Positions 38,905 through 49,334 of a stretch of 64,000 nucleotides of DNA are shown one piece after another. Source of the stretch: Desulfobacterales bacterium. GTDB taxonomy: Bacteria > Desulfobacterota > Desulfobacteria > Desulfobacterales > UBA5852. The translations under genes and the position numbers were made by a program. How positions within the stretch are numbered: position 1 is the first letter of the stretch; each line of letters opens with the position of its first letter. The stretch covers positions 992,001 to 1,056,000 of the forward strand of contig CAXXVS010000003.1 in assembly GCA_963674755.2 (NCBI GenBank). The letters are read 5' to 3'. Below the pieces are notes generated by a model. That model was not told the DNA's origin. It worked only from the letters and a program-made list of their open reading frames with translations, and did not search any database.

Positions 38905-40537
38905 GATGATCGCCTGTCTGCCACCATTGTTTGAGAAGAAAGCGGTCGGTGGCCTCCAGCCCGGCCCGGGACATGAGGGCCGGATCGGCCATGATAGCAT
39001 CCGGGCGGCCGTCGGCCAAGAGACGGCCTTCGGCCATGAGCAGCCAGCGGCCAGCCGTGCGTTCGGCGAAGGTCAGGTCGTGGGTCACGATGATAATGGC
39101 CTGCCCGCGGGTCTGCAGGCGTTGCAGAAAGGTTCGCAAATTGCGGCGGAAGTCGAAGTCCTGGCCGGCGGTGGGCTCGTCCAGGGCCAGCACCTTGGGC
39201 CGGGCGGCCAGGGCCGAGGCAAAGGCGACGCGCTTTTTCTCGCCCCCACTCAGGCGATAAGGGGCTTTCGACCGATAGGGCGTCAACTGAAAGAGGGTCA
39301 TCAATTCCGCGATCCATTCCGCATCAAGGTGGCCGATAGCCTCCGGACCGACCCGGATTTCCTGCTCTACGGTGAACCGGAAAAACTGGTTGTCCGGGTT
39401 CTGGAAGGCCAGCCCTACTGTTTTGGCCACGTCACTGACCGGCATTTTGCCGATCTCGTGTCCGTCGATCCGGATGCTGCCCTTGTCCGGCCGTTGCAGC
39501 CCCAGCAGATGCCGCAGAAGGGTGGTTTTGCCAGCGCCGTTGGATCCGACGATGGCCAGGCATTCGCCGGGGTGGAGGGTCAGGTGGATATCTTTCAAGA
39601 GCGGAGCTCTCGCCGCCGCGCGGCTGGACAGATGATTCACCGCCAGCACCGGCGGCAAGCCCGGTTGGACCATCTTTGGGGGTAATGGGGGGGAGAGCCC
39701 ATCGATCAGGTCGGTACGGGGTGAAATAGGCCGTAAATCCTCGATCGTTCGCGGAAGCGGATTCAGTCCCAGGGCGGCGCCCAGACGTGTTGCCAGAGGA
39801 GGCTCCAGGCCCCAGGTGTCGTCAGGGTGGGCCAGAATCTGATGCGGATCGCCGTCGGCCGCGATACATCCCTGGTGGATGACGACCATGCGGGTGGCGT
39901 CCGGTACCGCCCGCGACAAGCGGTGCTCGCAGACCACGATGCCGCAGCCCCCGGCATGAAGTTCCCGGAGAAGTCCTCTGATGCGCCGGACGTTGCCCGG
40001 ATCGAGGTTGGCAAACGGTTCGTCCAGCACGAGCACCCGGGGGCGCAGGGCCAGAAGGGCGGCGATCAGGACGAGGTGCTTTTCACCGCCCGACAGGTCC
40101 TGGGGGGCCCGCTGCCGCAGGGCGCCGATGCCCACCGCCTCGATGGCCGACGCCAGCCGTGCCTCGATGGCCCGGCGCTCGATTCCCAGGCTCTCCAGGC
40201 CGAACACGATTTCCTGCTCCACCGATCGGCAGAACAATTGGGTATCGGGATTCTGGAAGGCCATGGCCACCCGGTCGAACAGGGCGGCCACCGATGTCTG
40301 GCGGATCGGCAGGCCGTCCACGAAGACGTCGCCCTCCAGCACACCGCCGTAAAAATGGGGAATGAGCCCGTTGAAAATGCGGCAGAGAGTGGATTTGCCG
40401 GACCCGCTGCGGCCCGTGATGAGAAGATAATCGCCAGCCGTGATGTCCAGGTCGATCCCGTCCAGGATAGGTCGAGGATCCTCATTGCGGTAGCGATAGC
40501 TCAGGTTCCGGGCGGTAATGATGGCGTTATCGATCAC
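38897..40537 (-). CDS. ECF transporter tandem ABC ATPase (A-A' fusion)
   Basis: Two ABC domains (GRSGSGKS, GSNGAGKT), FQNPD, LSGGEK; GTG start inferred. Confidence 0.92.
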   Translation of the reverse strand: MIDNAIITARNLSYRYRNEDPRPILDGIDLDITAGDYLLITGRSGSGKSTLCRIFNGLIPHFYGGVLEGDVFVDGLPIRQTSVAALFDRVAMAFQNPDTQLFCRSVEQEIVFGLESLGIERRAIEARLASAIEAVGIGALRQRAPQDLSGGEKHLVLIAALLALRPRVLVLDEPFANLDPGNVRRIRGLLRELHAGGCGIVVCEHRLSRAVPDATRMVVIHQGCIAADGDPHQILAHPDDTWGLEPPLATRLGAALGLNPLPRTIEDLRPISPRTDLIDGLSPPLPPKMVQPGLPPVLAVNHLSSRAAARAPLLKDIHLTLHPGECLAIVGSNGAGKTTLLRHLLGLQRPDKGSIRIDGHEIGKMPVSDVAKTVGLAFQNPDNQFFRFTVEQEIRVGPEAIGHLDAEWIAELMTLFQLTPYRSKAPYRLSGGEKKRVAFASALAARPKVLALDEPTAGQDFDFRRNLRTFLQRLQTRGQAIIIVTHDLTFAERTAGRWLLMAEGRLLADGRPDAIMADPALMSRAGLEATDRFLLKQWWQTGDHHA

Positions 40538-40551
40538 ATTGCCCCGCGCGG

Positions 40552-41073
40552 TCAGAATTGGATGATGTCCGCGCGCCGGAGCAGACGCAGGGCCAACACC
40601 CCCAGGAGCGCACCGGCCACCGTGCTGCCCAGAAAGGACGGTAATAGGGCCAGCAGGGGAATCGCTTTCCCCATCAGGAACGGTGCGACCAGGAGGGCGC
40701 TGACCACCGGGGCGATGCCGCCCGTGCCCAGGATTTCGCCGGCCGCCGCGGCCCAGGTGCGACCCACGAGCCGGAAGGCGATGCCGGCCAGAAAGGCGCC
40801 GATCATGCCGCCCGGAAAAGCCAGCAGAGTGCCCACGCCCATGGCGTTGCGCAGGACGGCAATCACCGCAGCGGTCAACACGGCCCACCAGGGACCCAGC
40901 AAAACGGCTGCCAGGACGTTGACGAAATGCTGGGTGGGGTTCACTTTGGCGATGCCGATGGGAAAAGAAGTATAGGGGGCCAGGGCCACCCCGATGGCGA
41001 CCAGAACCACGGCATAGGCGGTTTTGCGGGAGTTTTGGGCGGATTGGGCCGGTGACATGCTGTTGGTCGTCAT
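40552..41073 (-). CDS. thiW: ECF S component, thiazole transporter ThiW
   Basis: PTQHFVNVLAAVLLGPW, GTLLAFPGGMIGA, GEILGTG. Confidence 0.92.
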   Translation of the reverse strand: MTTNSMSPAQSAQNSRKTAYAVVLVAIGVALAPYTSFPIGIAKVNPTQHFVNVLAAVLLGPWWAVLTAAVIAVLRNAMGVGTLLAFPGGMIGAFLAGIAFRLVGRTWAAAAGEILGTGGIAPVVSALLVAPFLMGKAIPLLALLPSFLGSTVAGALLGVLALRLLRRADIIQF

Positions 41074-41927
41074 AGGGACTCCTTGTGATCCTCGGGCGCG
41101 GCCGGCGAAGGCGCCGGGATTCCGTCAATCAGGCCGGCCCGGGCGTAAAGATCGAAAAAATGGTGGGTCGGGCCGTGGCCCCGGCCGATGGGCAGGGCGT
41201 TGCGGATGGCACCGCTGATATAGGTTTTGGCATTGGCCACGGCGTCGAAAAAAGGGTGGCCGAGGGCCAGATTGGCGGCAATGGCGGATGAGAAAGTGCA
41301 CCCCGTGCCGTGGGTGTTGGGTGTATCAAAGCGGGGGCTGGTCAGTTCCCGGAAGGTCTGCCCGTCGTAGAGGACGTCGGTGGCCTGGGTGTCTCCCAGG
41401 TGCCCACCCTTGACCACCACCTTGCGGGCGCCCAGGTCCAGGATTTCCCGCGCGGCGGTCTGCATGTCGTCCACCGAACCGATGGCGTGGCCCACCAACC
41501 GTTCGGCTTCGAAGATGTTGGGCGTCACGACCTCGGCCAGGGGGAAAAGGGTTGCCACCAGGGCCTGCTGGGCTTCTTCCTTGAGCAGGGCGTAGCCGCT
41601 CTTGGAAATCATGACCGGATCCAGCACCACGGGCGGCCGTTCGACCTGGCGCAGGGCTTCGGCGATGGCCTCGATCAGGGCGATAGCGGAGACCATGCCG
41701 ATCTTGACGGCGTGGATGGCGATATCGTCGAACAGGCAGAGAATTTGCCCCTTCACGATGTCCGGCGAGATCTCCTGGATATCGTACACCTTTTGTGTAT
41801 TTTGAACGGTAACGGCCGTGATGGCCGTCATGCCGAAAACCCCATGAGCCTGGAAGGTCTTCAGGTCGGCCTGGATGCCGGCGCCGCCTGAAGAGTCCGA
41901 GCCCGCAATGGTCAGCGCTGTGCGCAT
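41070..41927 (-). CDS. thiD: HMP/HMP-P kinase
   Basis: LTIAGSDSSGGAGIQADLKT, DPVM, TPN, THGTGCTFS. Confidence 0.97.
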   Translation of the reverse strand: MRTALTIAGSDSSGGAGIQADLKTFQAHGVFGMTAITAVTVQNTQKVYDIQEISPDIVKGQILCLFDDIAIHAVKIGMVSAIALIEAIAEALRQVERPPVVLDPVMISKSGYALLKEEAQQALVATLFPLAEVVTPNIFEAERLVGHAIGSVDDMQTAAREILDLGARKVVVKGGHLGDTQATDVLYDGQTFRELTSPRFDTPNTHGTGCTFSSAIAANLALGHPFFDAVANAKTYISGAIRNALPIGRGHGPTHHFFDLYARAGLIDGIPAPSPAAPEDHKESL

Positions 41928-42062
41928 GGACGATGTCCTCCTGCAAGGAAAAATGGATGTATTGAGCGGGGTGTCGATCGGCGGCCGACAGCCGGTCGCG
42001 GCATGTCATGGCGGCCTGCGGGAGGGGACCCTTGTTACTGGGTGGGAAGATCAGAAATGCGT

Positions 42063-42155
42063 TTCCGAGTTCCCTACGTCAGTGCGAACTGCATCAGGTT
42101 CAATGGGTCTGCTCTCAGTTCTGCCGGCCCGCGGCCAGAACACCCCAATCGGAAT
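42063..42155 (-). ncRNA. TPP riboswitch upstream of thiD
   Basis: Minus strand reads GGGGTG...CTGAGAG..ACCC..GAACCTGAT...CGTAGGGAA. Confidence 0.93.
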
Positions 42156-42299
42156 GGTTTGGTCTATTATCAGCCGCAGATGGAAATGACAAGGGGATGG
42201 CGTCGTGGCCGGGTAAGAAAAAAGGATGGTCGGAAGTGGCCTGATGTGGAAGCCGTTACCGTTATTAGGCTGGCGGGTTTATCCAGAAAAGCCGAGTTT

Positions 42300-43271
42300 T
42301 TAATCCTCAGTGTCCGGATAACGTTTTGCTATGCAGCTATCGCAAATGCCATGGCTGAATTCAGCCTCGGAATGTTCGGAGATGTATTTTTCAAGCTGGC
42401 TCCAGGAACCTTTATCGTCACGAATTTCTTTGCAGTCCATACATATCGGTATCGTGCCTTTCAAGGTTTTAATTTCATTTATTGTTTTTTGCAGCTCCGC
42501 GTTGGCATGCGACAGTTCCGCCGTACGTTGCGCGACCTTGATTTCAAGCTGATCTTTGTATTCTATTAGCTCGGCCTCGGCCTGTTGCCGCATGCTTACC
42601 TCATTGAGTGTCTGATAAATCTGATACCAGGCGATGATGGTAACAAGGCTCAGGATAACAGCGGCGAAAAATGTCATTTTTTGCGACATTGAAGCGACTT
42701 CCTGCTTGACATCTTCCAGATAAATTCCCGTGCCGATGATCCATCCCCACGGCTGATATGCTTTGACAAAGGATAGTTTGGGGACGATGCGGCTGTTGTC
42801 CCCTCTCCACTGCCACATGTAAGGTACGTAACCTTCGTGTGTTTTCCGGACGGTTTTAACGAACTCCTCGAAAACCCGGGTCCCTTTCGGATCGGTGAAC
42901 GCCGACATGTTTTTCCCGATCAGGTCCGGTCGATAGGGGTGCATAACAAGAACCGGCGAAAAGTCATTGATCCAAAAATAATCCTGCCGGTCGATGCCGT
43001 AGCGCATTTCTCTCAAATGGTTAATGGCGATTTTCTGGGCCTCTTCGAGGCTGCATCCTCCTGATGCGACTTCATTGTTAAGAGCGTCAACCATTCCCCA
43101 AGAGGCGTTGACGAGTTCTTTTATCATGATCTTTTTTTCTTCCAGCAGACCTTTTTCAAACTGCGGAAGAAATAGAAAAAAGGACGCGAAAATAAAAAGA
43201 AGGACAGCTATTAAGGCTGGGGAGGCGATCCGGAATAGTTGCCGAAAACTGTATGCTTTTTGTTTGTGCAC
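42300..43271 (-). CDS. Membrane Cache-domain sensor with C-terminal Cys/His-rich domain
   Basis: DYFWIND..VMHPY.PDL.G, WGWIIGTGIY, two TM; IPICMDCKEIRDD...SHGICDSC. Confidence 0.88.
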   Translation of the reverse strand: MHKQKAYSFRQLFRIASPALIAVLLFIFASFFLFLPQFEKGLLEEKKIMIKELVNASWGMVDALNNEVASGGCSLEEAQKIAINHLREMRYGIDRQDYFWINDFSPVLVMHPYRPDLIGKNMSAFTDPKGTRVFEEFVKTVRKTHEGYVPYMWQWRGDNSRIVPKLSFVKAYQPWGWIIGTGIYLEDVKQEVASMSQKMTFFAAVILSLVTIIAWYQIYQTLNEVSMRQQAEAELIEYKDQLEIKVAQRTAELSHANAELQKTINEIKTLKGTIPICMDCKEIRDDKGSWSQLEKYISEHSEAEFSHGICDSCIAKRYPDTED

Positions 43272-43780
43272 CTTTTGCCCCCCCCCCCACTGTCCACATG
43301 CGCGTTAGAACAGCCGCTTCGTTTTAGAACGCTCCATGAAATTTTTCTGCCCCATCAGGTGTCATATTGGGGCTCTAATTTTTTTTCGGCTATAATAGGG
43401 AAAGCTTTAATCGCCGCCCGGCAATTATATTATAAATGATATTTATATATTGTAATAAAATTTACATAAATCCGGTTCCATAACCGTGCCTTGCACCGGA
43501 ACCCGGCCCCGGCCGGCGCCGGGGCAGCTTTTTCCGTCCCCCGTTTCAGCAGGCATATGCCGCTACGACAAACCCGGCGAAAGCCGATGCCGTTATCGCA
43601 AAATACAGCGCCCTGTTTGTGAGTCATCGTCAATATGACACCATTGCGCTTCAATTTTCGGAGAGGGGTGGCCTCCGGATTACCCGCGACGGCCAGCCGC
43701 TAGCCTGACAGGCGGCCCGCAAGGCGTGTGCCTACGTGCAGTTCTGGTACCGACAGGGGCGGCTGACGCGAAAAACACGC

Positions 43781-44028
43781 TTATGACCCCGCCGGGAAAG
43801 CCACTTTCGCCGGCCCTATCTGTGGTTGCAGGGGCATTGTGAAATCGGTCGTTGCATCAATTGGGGTATTGGTGAGCGGGGCGGCGTTTGGGGGCCTGTG
43901 TGGTTGATAAGAAGGGCTTCACCGGGAATCCAGCGCTCGTGGGCAAGAGGGGGCTTGATAAAATCCTTGAAACCCTGCAGGTTGGCGTCACCATAGGTTT
44001 GTATTTCGAGGAACGCATCATAGGGCAT
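43781..44028 (-). pseudogene. Possible frameshifted remnant of a small hypothetical gene
   Basis: MPYDAFLEIQTYGDANLQGF...INHT reads on protein-like in another frame (NAAPLT...IGPAKVAF); overlaps the ATP-grasp stop. Confidence 0.3.
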
Positions 44029-45200
44029 TATTTCAAGGTGACAAACTCCTTTAACGACGAGTGCAGAATTGCTTCCAGTTCGTCCTGGCGCTCTTCCCTG
44101 GTTTCGGTGAACAGAAATCCGAACACCGGATAGATCGTATAATCCATTTCCCGCAGTTCAAGCGGCTTCTCAAATCCGGCAAGCACCCTGTCAAACTGGA
44201 AAGCGGCGATATCCTCCGCCGGCACACCGGTTGAATTGTCGAGCACGATAATGCTGAAAAGCTTGCCTTCCTTACCGCTCAACAATTCAGGCCAATCGGG
44301 GCGCTGCTGATGATGGTAGGCGAGATAGGGGTTCAAGCCGTAGGCGAGGTAGGTCAAGTCCGCCGTCGAACACCAGCCGCCAAAGCGGAGTGGATTGACC
44401 TCGATCGGGAGCAGGGCGCCGTCCGGCCTTCTGCGAAGCTCGATATGCACAGGGAAATTTTTCACGCCGGCCATCCGCCCGATCTTACCGACAAAGGACG
44501 TAAACGCATCGAGGTGTTGTTCATATAGGGCTTTTGAGGTCGTATACACGCGATCGCTGACGTCCTGATCCGACGAGAAGGTATGCTGCAGGATCCCGAG
44601 GATCACCGGTTCCCCTGCCATGGTGTAATAGGCATCGATGGCAAATTCCTCCCCTGTGATACACTGTTCGATAATGAACGCATGAGGGCTCACGACCTCC
44701 GCCGGGTAGAGCTGTTGAATTTTGGTGATGTCATCCAGGATGCGTGCGACCGTTTGCGGCCATTCCTTCTCATGGGTAATCTTATAAACGCCCATGCTGA
44801 AAAATCCAACGGAGGGCTTGATGATGCAGGGGCAGGGGAAGGTGTGAAACGGAAACGTGGTCAATGCTTCGGCACGCACTTCGACAAACGCAAAATCCGG
44901 AAACAAAGGGCGTGTCATCTTGCGAAAGGCAAACTTGTTTTTAAATAGCGCGACTTTTTGCGCGAGATGGCGGCATTCCGGGTGTCGCGAGAGCCAACTC
45001 AGGGCGTTTTCAGATGTCGTATAGACGCTTGGATACGGTGTTTCGCCAATCATGCGGCAGGCCTGTGCTTCATCCAACAGGGGGGTGCCCGGGTACAGAT
45101 TGAAATCCTTGACCACCGGCGTTCGCACCACCGGGAGGGCATGCTTTTGGAGCGTGCGCTTGAGAAAATCCGACACATAGGGGTGTTCCACAAAAAACAT
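44028..45200 (-). CDS. ATP-grasp domain protein
   Basis: KNKFAFR, IIKPSVGFFSMGV, IIEQCITGEEFAID, IEVNPLRFGG. Confidence 0.88.
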   Translation of the reverse strand: MFFVEHPYVSDFLKRTLQKHALPVVRTPVVKDFNLYPGTPLLDEAQACRMIGETPYPSVYTTSENALSWLSRHPECRHLAQKVALFKNKFAFRKMTRPLFPDFAFVEVRAEALTTFPFHTFPCPCIIKPSVGFFSMGVYKITHEKEWPQTVARILDDITKIQQLYPAEVVSPHAFIIEQCITGEEFAIDAYYTMAGEPVILGILQHTFSSDQDVSDRVYTTSKALYEQHLDAFTSFVGKIGRMAGVKNFPVHIELRRRPDGALLPIEVNPLRFGGWCSTADLTYLAYGLNPYLAYHHQQRPDWPELLSGKEGKLFSIIVLDNSTGVPAEDIAAFQFDRVLAGFEKPLELREMDYTIYPVFGFLFTETREERQDELEAILHSSLKEFVTLK

Positions 45201-45841
45201 ATCATTCCTTTCATCGTCAGGCCTTGGGCCGTTTGAGGATGCATACCGATGGGACCTTCTCATAGCACAGCACCCTAGCGAGTGTCTTGTATGGCGGACG
45301 CGGCCAGTGCCGTGTTGAGGGATATCGTGGTCAAAAGCAAATGGCGATCTTAACATTCGTACAAGAAAGGATGCCTATCAGATAAGACAGGCATCCACAT
45401 TTCAGCAAAGCGTTGCGCCTATTCGGGTGTGTTAAAGAAAATAAGCCGCGGTTATGACCTGCTGATCCGCCCGCCACCGGCGGACGATCTGCTTGACCGG
45501 CACGGTCGATAGCGCCTAATAAGGCAACAGAGCCTCTCAGGACGCCCCGTGAGGTACCCAAAATATGCGCGGCAACACACCATGGGCACTATCGAAACGA
45601 CACACGGCCGCGCAGGGGATCTGACGATTGCCAAATCGCCTTTCTCATTCCGGACACGGAAGAGCGCGTGCGGTTTGCCCAGCTTTTCAAAGCGTGTATG
45701 GAAGCGCAGGGGTTTACGTTCCGGCCGTTTTTCGACCGCGAAAGCGCTGAAGCATGGCTATTGCGACGTACCTGAAGCCATCACGTTCGACGTTTTGCTT
45801 CTTGCCGTACAAGTGTATCGCTAGGCGACAATGACGTTACG

Positions 45842-46397
45842 GGTCTGGGGATGTCGGTCGTATGGGGGGACTGTCAAGGATCATAGCGGGTTCATCGATC
45901 TTACAAGCGCGCTTGGTGTCGGTACGACCTTCAAGATCTATTTCCCGGTGACGCGCAAGGCCCTCCAAGACAGCAGGGACAGAATAGACCTCGAAGATTT
46001 GTATGGTGCGGATGAGACGATTTTAGTTGTCGATGATGTCGCGGCTCAAAGGAAAATCGCCACTTCCATATTGACGCAGTTAGGGTACGCGGTCAGTTCG
46101 GTCGCAAGCGGTGAGGAGGCGCTCGTATATTTGAAAGATCATTCGGTAGACCTTTTGGTTTTGGACATGATCATGGCACCTGGAATGAATGGACTTGAGA
46201 CCTATCGTAAAGTGCTGGAAATCTCGCCAAATCAAAAAGCGATCATTACAAGTGGCTATGCCGAAACCGATTCTGTCGCTCAGGCGCAGGCTTTAGGCGC
46301 CGGTCCATATGTTAAGAAACCCTACACCATCGAGAAAATAGGCCTTGCCGTAAAAACGGAACTGGAAAAAGCTGGAAATTCCAAAGAGACGGCCTAG
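45842..46397 (+). pseudogene. 5'-truncated, frameshifted hybrid histidine kinase remnant (HATPase tail plus receiver)
   Basis: GLGMSVVWG is one base out of frame with TVKDHSGFI (G6 tract); intact receiver follows (VVDD, LDMIM, KP). Confidence 0.8.
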
Positions 46398-46444
46398 AAG
46401 CCGGCCCCTTCGATAAGGCCGCCCCAATGTTGACGGCCGATACG

Positions 46445-46792
46445 TCAGGGATGGGGTGTATCGGCACTTCCGCCGCTGGAAAACCGGAAGAAAACCTCTT
46501 CGAAATTCATGATTCGACCACCCCGGATTTCAATGCCTTCTTCCTTGAGAAGTTGGATTTTTTCCCGGATAGCAGTGCCTTCGGTCTTGCCCTTGAATCC
46601 ACCCATCCGACCGGATGCGGCCACCACCCGGTGTCAAGGTACCTCGGGCGCATAGGGATTGTGCTTCATGGCCTGGCCGACCCCACGGTAGGCCCGGGTG
46701 CCGAGCGCATGCGCAATTTCCTTGTAGGTCGTGACACGCCCGCGGGGCACCTTCCGCAAAAGATCGTATGCTCTGTCAGCAAAAGTTTTCAT
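46445..46792 (-). CDS. O6-alkylguanine-DNA [16 protein letters not shown] (MGMT/Ogt DNA-binding domain), probable selenoprotein; in-frame TGA 46634-46636
   Basis: VPRGRVTTYKEIA...RGVGQAM..NP..PEVP-TGA-HRVV...GGF...KIQLLKEEG; SECIS-like hairpin follows. Confidence 0.85.
46601..46621 (-). promoter_or_regulatory. Candidate bacterial SECIS hairpin
   Basis: GCC-G-CATCC-GGTC-GGATG-GGT with 21 nt between UGA and loop. Confidence 0.7.
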
Positions 46793-46830
46793 CGTCTTTC
46801 CTTTTTTTTGCCAAAATGCGGCCAATGCCT

Positions 46831-46902
46831 AATGACGATCCCGCCGCAACGCAGCGGGGTATCGATAAAGGCCATGTAACGCCGCAAGCGGCGGGGCATT
46901 AT
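46831..46902 (-). repeat. REP-like doublet, copy 2
   Basis: CCCGCCGCAACGCAGCGGGGTATC...CGCCGCAAGCGGCGGGGCATTA; reverse complement resembles 30084-30156. Confidence 0.65.
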
Positions 46903-46994
46903 TCCCTTGTCCGCCTTTGGCGTATTTAATCCATAAAGGCCTTTTCGACGCGACGCGTAAAAAACGTTGGGCTCGATTGTGATCCCCGCAAGGA

Positions 46995-48917
46995 CTATTT
47001 TTGTTTGATATCCAGCACCTGCCGGACGCTGTTGGCCAGATCCGCATAGATGATCGGTTTCATGAGCACGGCATTGATGCCGAGCGTCTCGATTGCTTGA
47101 CCCCGGACCCTCTCACTGAATCCACTGCATAGGATGATCGGGATTTCAGGCCGGATTGCTCTTATTTTCCGGGCCAACTCATCGCCGGTCATTTTGGGCA
47201 TGGTCATGTCGCTGATGACCAGGTCATATCGGTCAGGATGCGAACGGAAAGCTTGCACGGCATTGATGGAACTCGCCCAGGTTTCCACCCGATAGCCGAG
47301 CCGTTCCAATAAATTCCGGCCAAGATCGATAATCGATTTTTCGTCGTCTACAAAGAGAATGCACTCATTCCCTGGGGGCAGCCGGGTCGTTTGCCCGTCC
47401 GGGACTTTGGCCGCTGCCTCGGCAACCGGTAGATAGACATGGAAAGTCGTGCCGCGCCCGACTTCGCTTTGCACCGTGATGCGGCCTCCGTGGTTTTTCA
47501 CGATGCCGTGTACGGTGGAGAGGCCCAGCCCGGTGCCTTCACCGGTGGGCTTGGTTGTAAAATAGGGATCGAAAATCCGGTTGATTTTATCCGCTGCGAT
47601 GCCGCGACCGGTGTCGGCGATGGAAAGCTTGAGGTAATCCCCCGAATTCATTTCCGGCAAGCTCGGTGCACCCTGATCTTGAAGGGTAACGGCCGTCAAG
47701 CTTACTTCCAGCAAGCCCCCGGTGTTTTTCATGGCATAGTGGGCGTTGGTGCACAAGTTCATGACGATCTGGTGGATCTGGGTTTCATCCGCGAATACCG
47801 GAGGGAGGTTCGGCGATATGGATTCATGGATTTCAATATTGGCGGGCAAGGTCGCCCTGATAAGTTTTAACGCCTCGACCACAGCGCGACTGATATCGAG
47901 CGGTCCTCTTTCGGATCGGCCCTGGCGGCTGAACGCGAGAATCTGGTTTACCAACGCTTTCGCACGGCTGCCGGCTTGGGCGATTTGGGCGGCATATCGC
48001 TCCAGTTCGGAATCGGCCGGGCATTCGAGTTGCGCCAATTCGGCATACCCTAAAATAGCGGCCAGAATATTGTTGAAATCGTGGGCGATCCCGCCGGCCA
48101 GGGTTCCCAGCGATTCCATTTTCTGGGCCTCGCGCAATTGGGCTTCCATCTTGAGGTGTCGCTTTTCAGCCTCTTTCCGCTCGGTAATGTCGTGCACAAA
48201 AGAAACACCATAGCGTTCGTTGTTGAATTCAAATATATTTCCGGTAACCGAGACGGGAATGTCGGTGCCGCCCTTGCTGCGATGGACGGTCTCAAATTGA
48301 TTATAGCCGATTTTCAGCTTTCGGCGCCAGAACTGCTCAATTTTTTCTATAGAATAGCGCCTATCGATGTCCAGGATATTCATTCGGCACAGCTCTTCCC
48401 TGGTGTATCCGAGATATTGGCAGGCATATTCGTTAACATTGTAAATGGCGCCGCCCTCCTTAGTCAGGAAAATACCGAACGAAGCCTTGTCTAAGACGAA
48501 CTGCGCAATGCGCAGCGATTCGAGCGTGTATTTGCGTTCCGTTATGTCTTGAAACAGGGCGATGGAATAACGGTATCCGTCGAATTCGACCAGGGTGGCG
48601 GTCACTTCAACCGGGAAAACGGCCCCGTTCTTCCGCCGCGAGGTGGATTCAAACGTGGTGGAACCGCTGTCGCAGAGGTTTCGCCAGAGTTCTGGCCAGA
48701 TTTCCAGAGGCATAGAGGGGTCGATATCCCATATCGACAACTGGGTCAGTTCCTCATTCTCATACCCCAGGGTTTCGCAAGCTTTGTGGTTGGCATACAA
48801 AATACGGCCGGTTTCGCCAAGCAGGATGGCGCTGACCGCGGCGTGGTCAAGACAGAATCTCGCCAGCATATTTTCCCTGGAGTTCCGGGCTGCAGGATCC
48901 TCTCCCCTTTTCCCCAT
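46995..48917 (-). CDS. PAS-PAS hybrid sensor histidine kinase / response regulator
   Basis: AGGIAHDFNNIL H-box, FTTK, GTGLGL, receiver with FVDDE and SDMTMP. Confidence 0.95.
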   Translation of the reverse strand: MGKRGEDPAARNSRENMLARFCLDHAAVSAILLGETGRILYANHKACETLGYENEELTQLSIWDIDPSMPLEIWPELWRNLCDSGSTTFESTSRRKNGAVFPVEVTATLVEFDGYRYSIALFQDITERKYTLESLRIAQFVLDKASFGIFLTKEGGAIYNVNEYACQYLGYTREELCRMNILDIDRRYSIEKIEQFWRRKLKIGYNQFETVHRSKGGTDIPVSVTGNIFEFNNERYGVSFVHDITERKEAEKRHLKMEAQLREAQKMESLGTLAGGIAHDFNNILAAILGYAELAQLECPADSELERYAAQIAQAGSRAKALVNQILAFSRQGRSERGPLDISRAVVEALKLIRATLPANIEIHESISPNLPPVFADETQIHQIVMNLCTNAHYAMKNTGGLLEVSLTAVTLQDQGAPSLPEMNSGDYLKLSIADTGRGIAADKINRIFDPYFTTKPTGEGTGLGLSTVHGIVKNHGGRITVQSEVGRGTTFHVYLPVAEAAAKVPDGQTTRLPPGNECILFVDDEKSIIDLGRNLLERLGYRVETWASSINAVQAFRSHPDRYDLVISDMTMPKMTGDELARKIRAIRPEIPIILCSGFSERVRGQAIETLGINAVLMKPIIYADLANSVRQVLDIKQK

Positions 48918-49334
48918 GCCGTCCTCCGATTTAGTGAACTTCAGTTAGGTTTCTGGGATATCATTGGGTTGTCGATGGAATACGCAACAGGGTTAGAAGG
49001 ATCCAAGCGGTACGGGTCGTGAATTCGGTTTCGCAAAGGCGGAAAAGGGGAAGGGGATTTATCGACCCGGGGTGCCCGTCAGCCGCGGGCACAAATTTAT
49101 TGCCAGGTTTCCGGCGCACAGCACAGGACCTTTGTATAACCCCCTGTCGGGGAGTGCTTTTAAAGGTTGCGGCCAGGTTGGCAGGTGTTATCGTTTGCGA
49201 TTTGTCGCGAGTACCGGTCATTGTATCGCTTTCCGTACAACCGGTTCAGAAGATGGTGAGTTACCTATATGCCAGTTCAAAGTTAGGGTTTTCGTTCCAG
49301 TCGTCACAACTATGAGCCCGACCGTGTCGTGCGT

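Noticed and set aside
38897..41128. 743-aa ORF call for the ECF ATPase, and the 411-aa call at 37631-38866
   Set aside because: The N-terminal extensions overlap thiW or ecfT in another frame; true starts are near 40537 and 38227
45230..45830. Possible transposase or gene fragments between the ATP-grasp gene and the kinase remnant
   Set aside because: No DDE, HUH or integrase motifs recognisable; only a minus-strand terminator-like hairpin near 45364-45395
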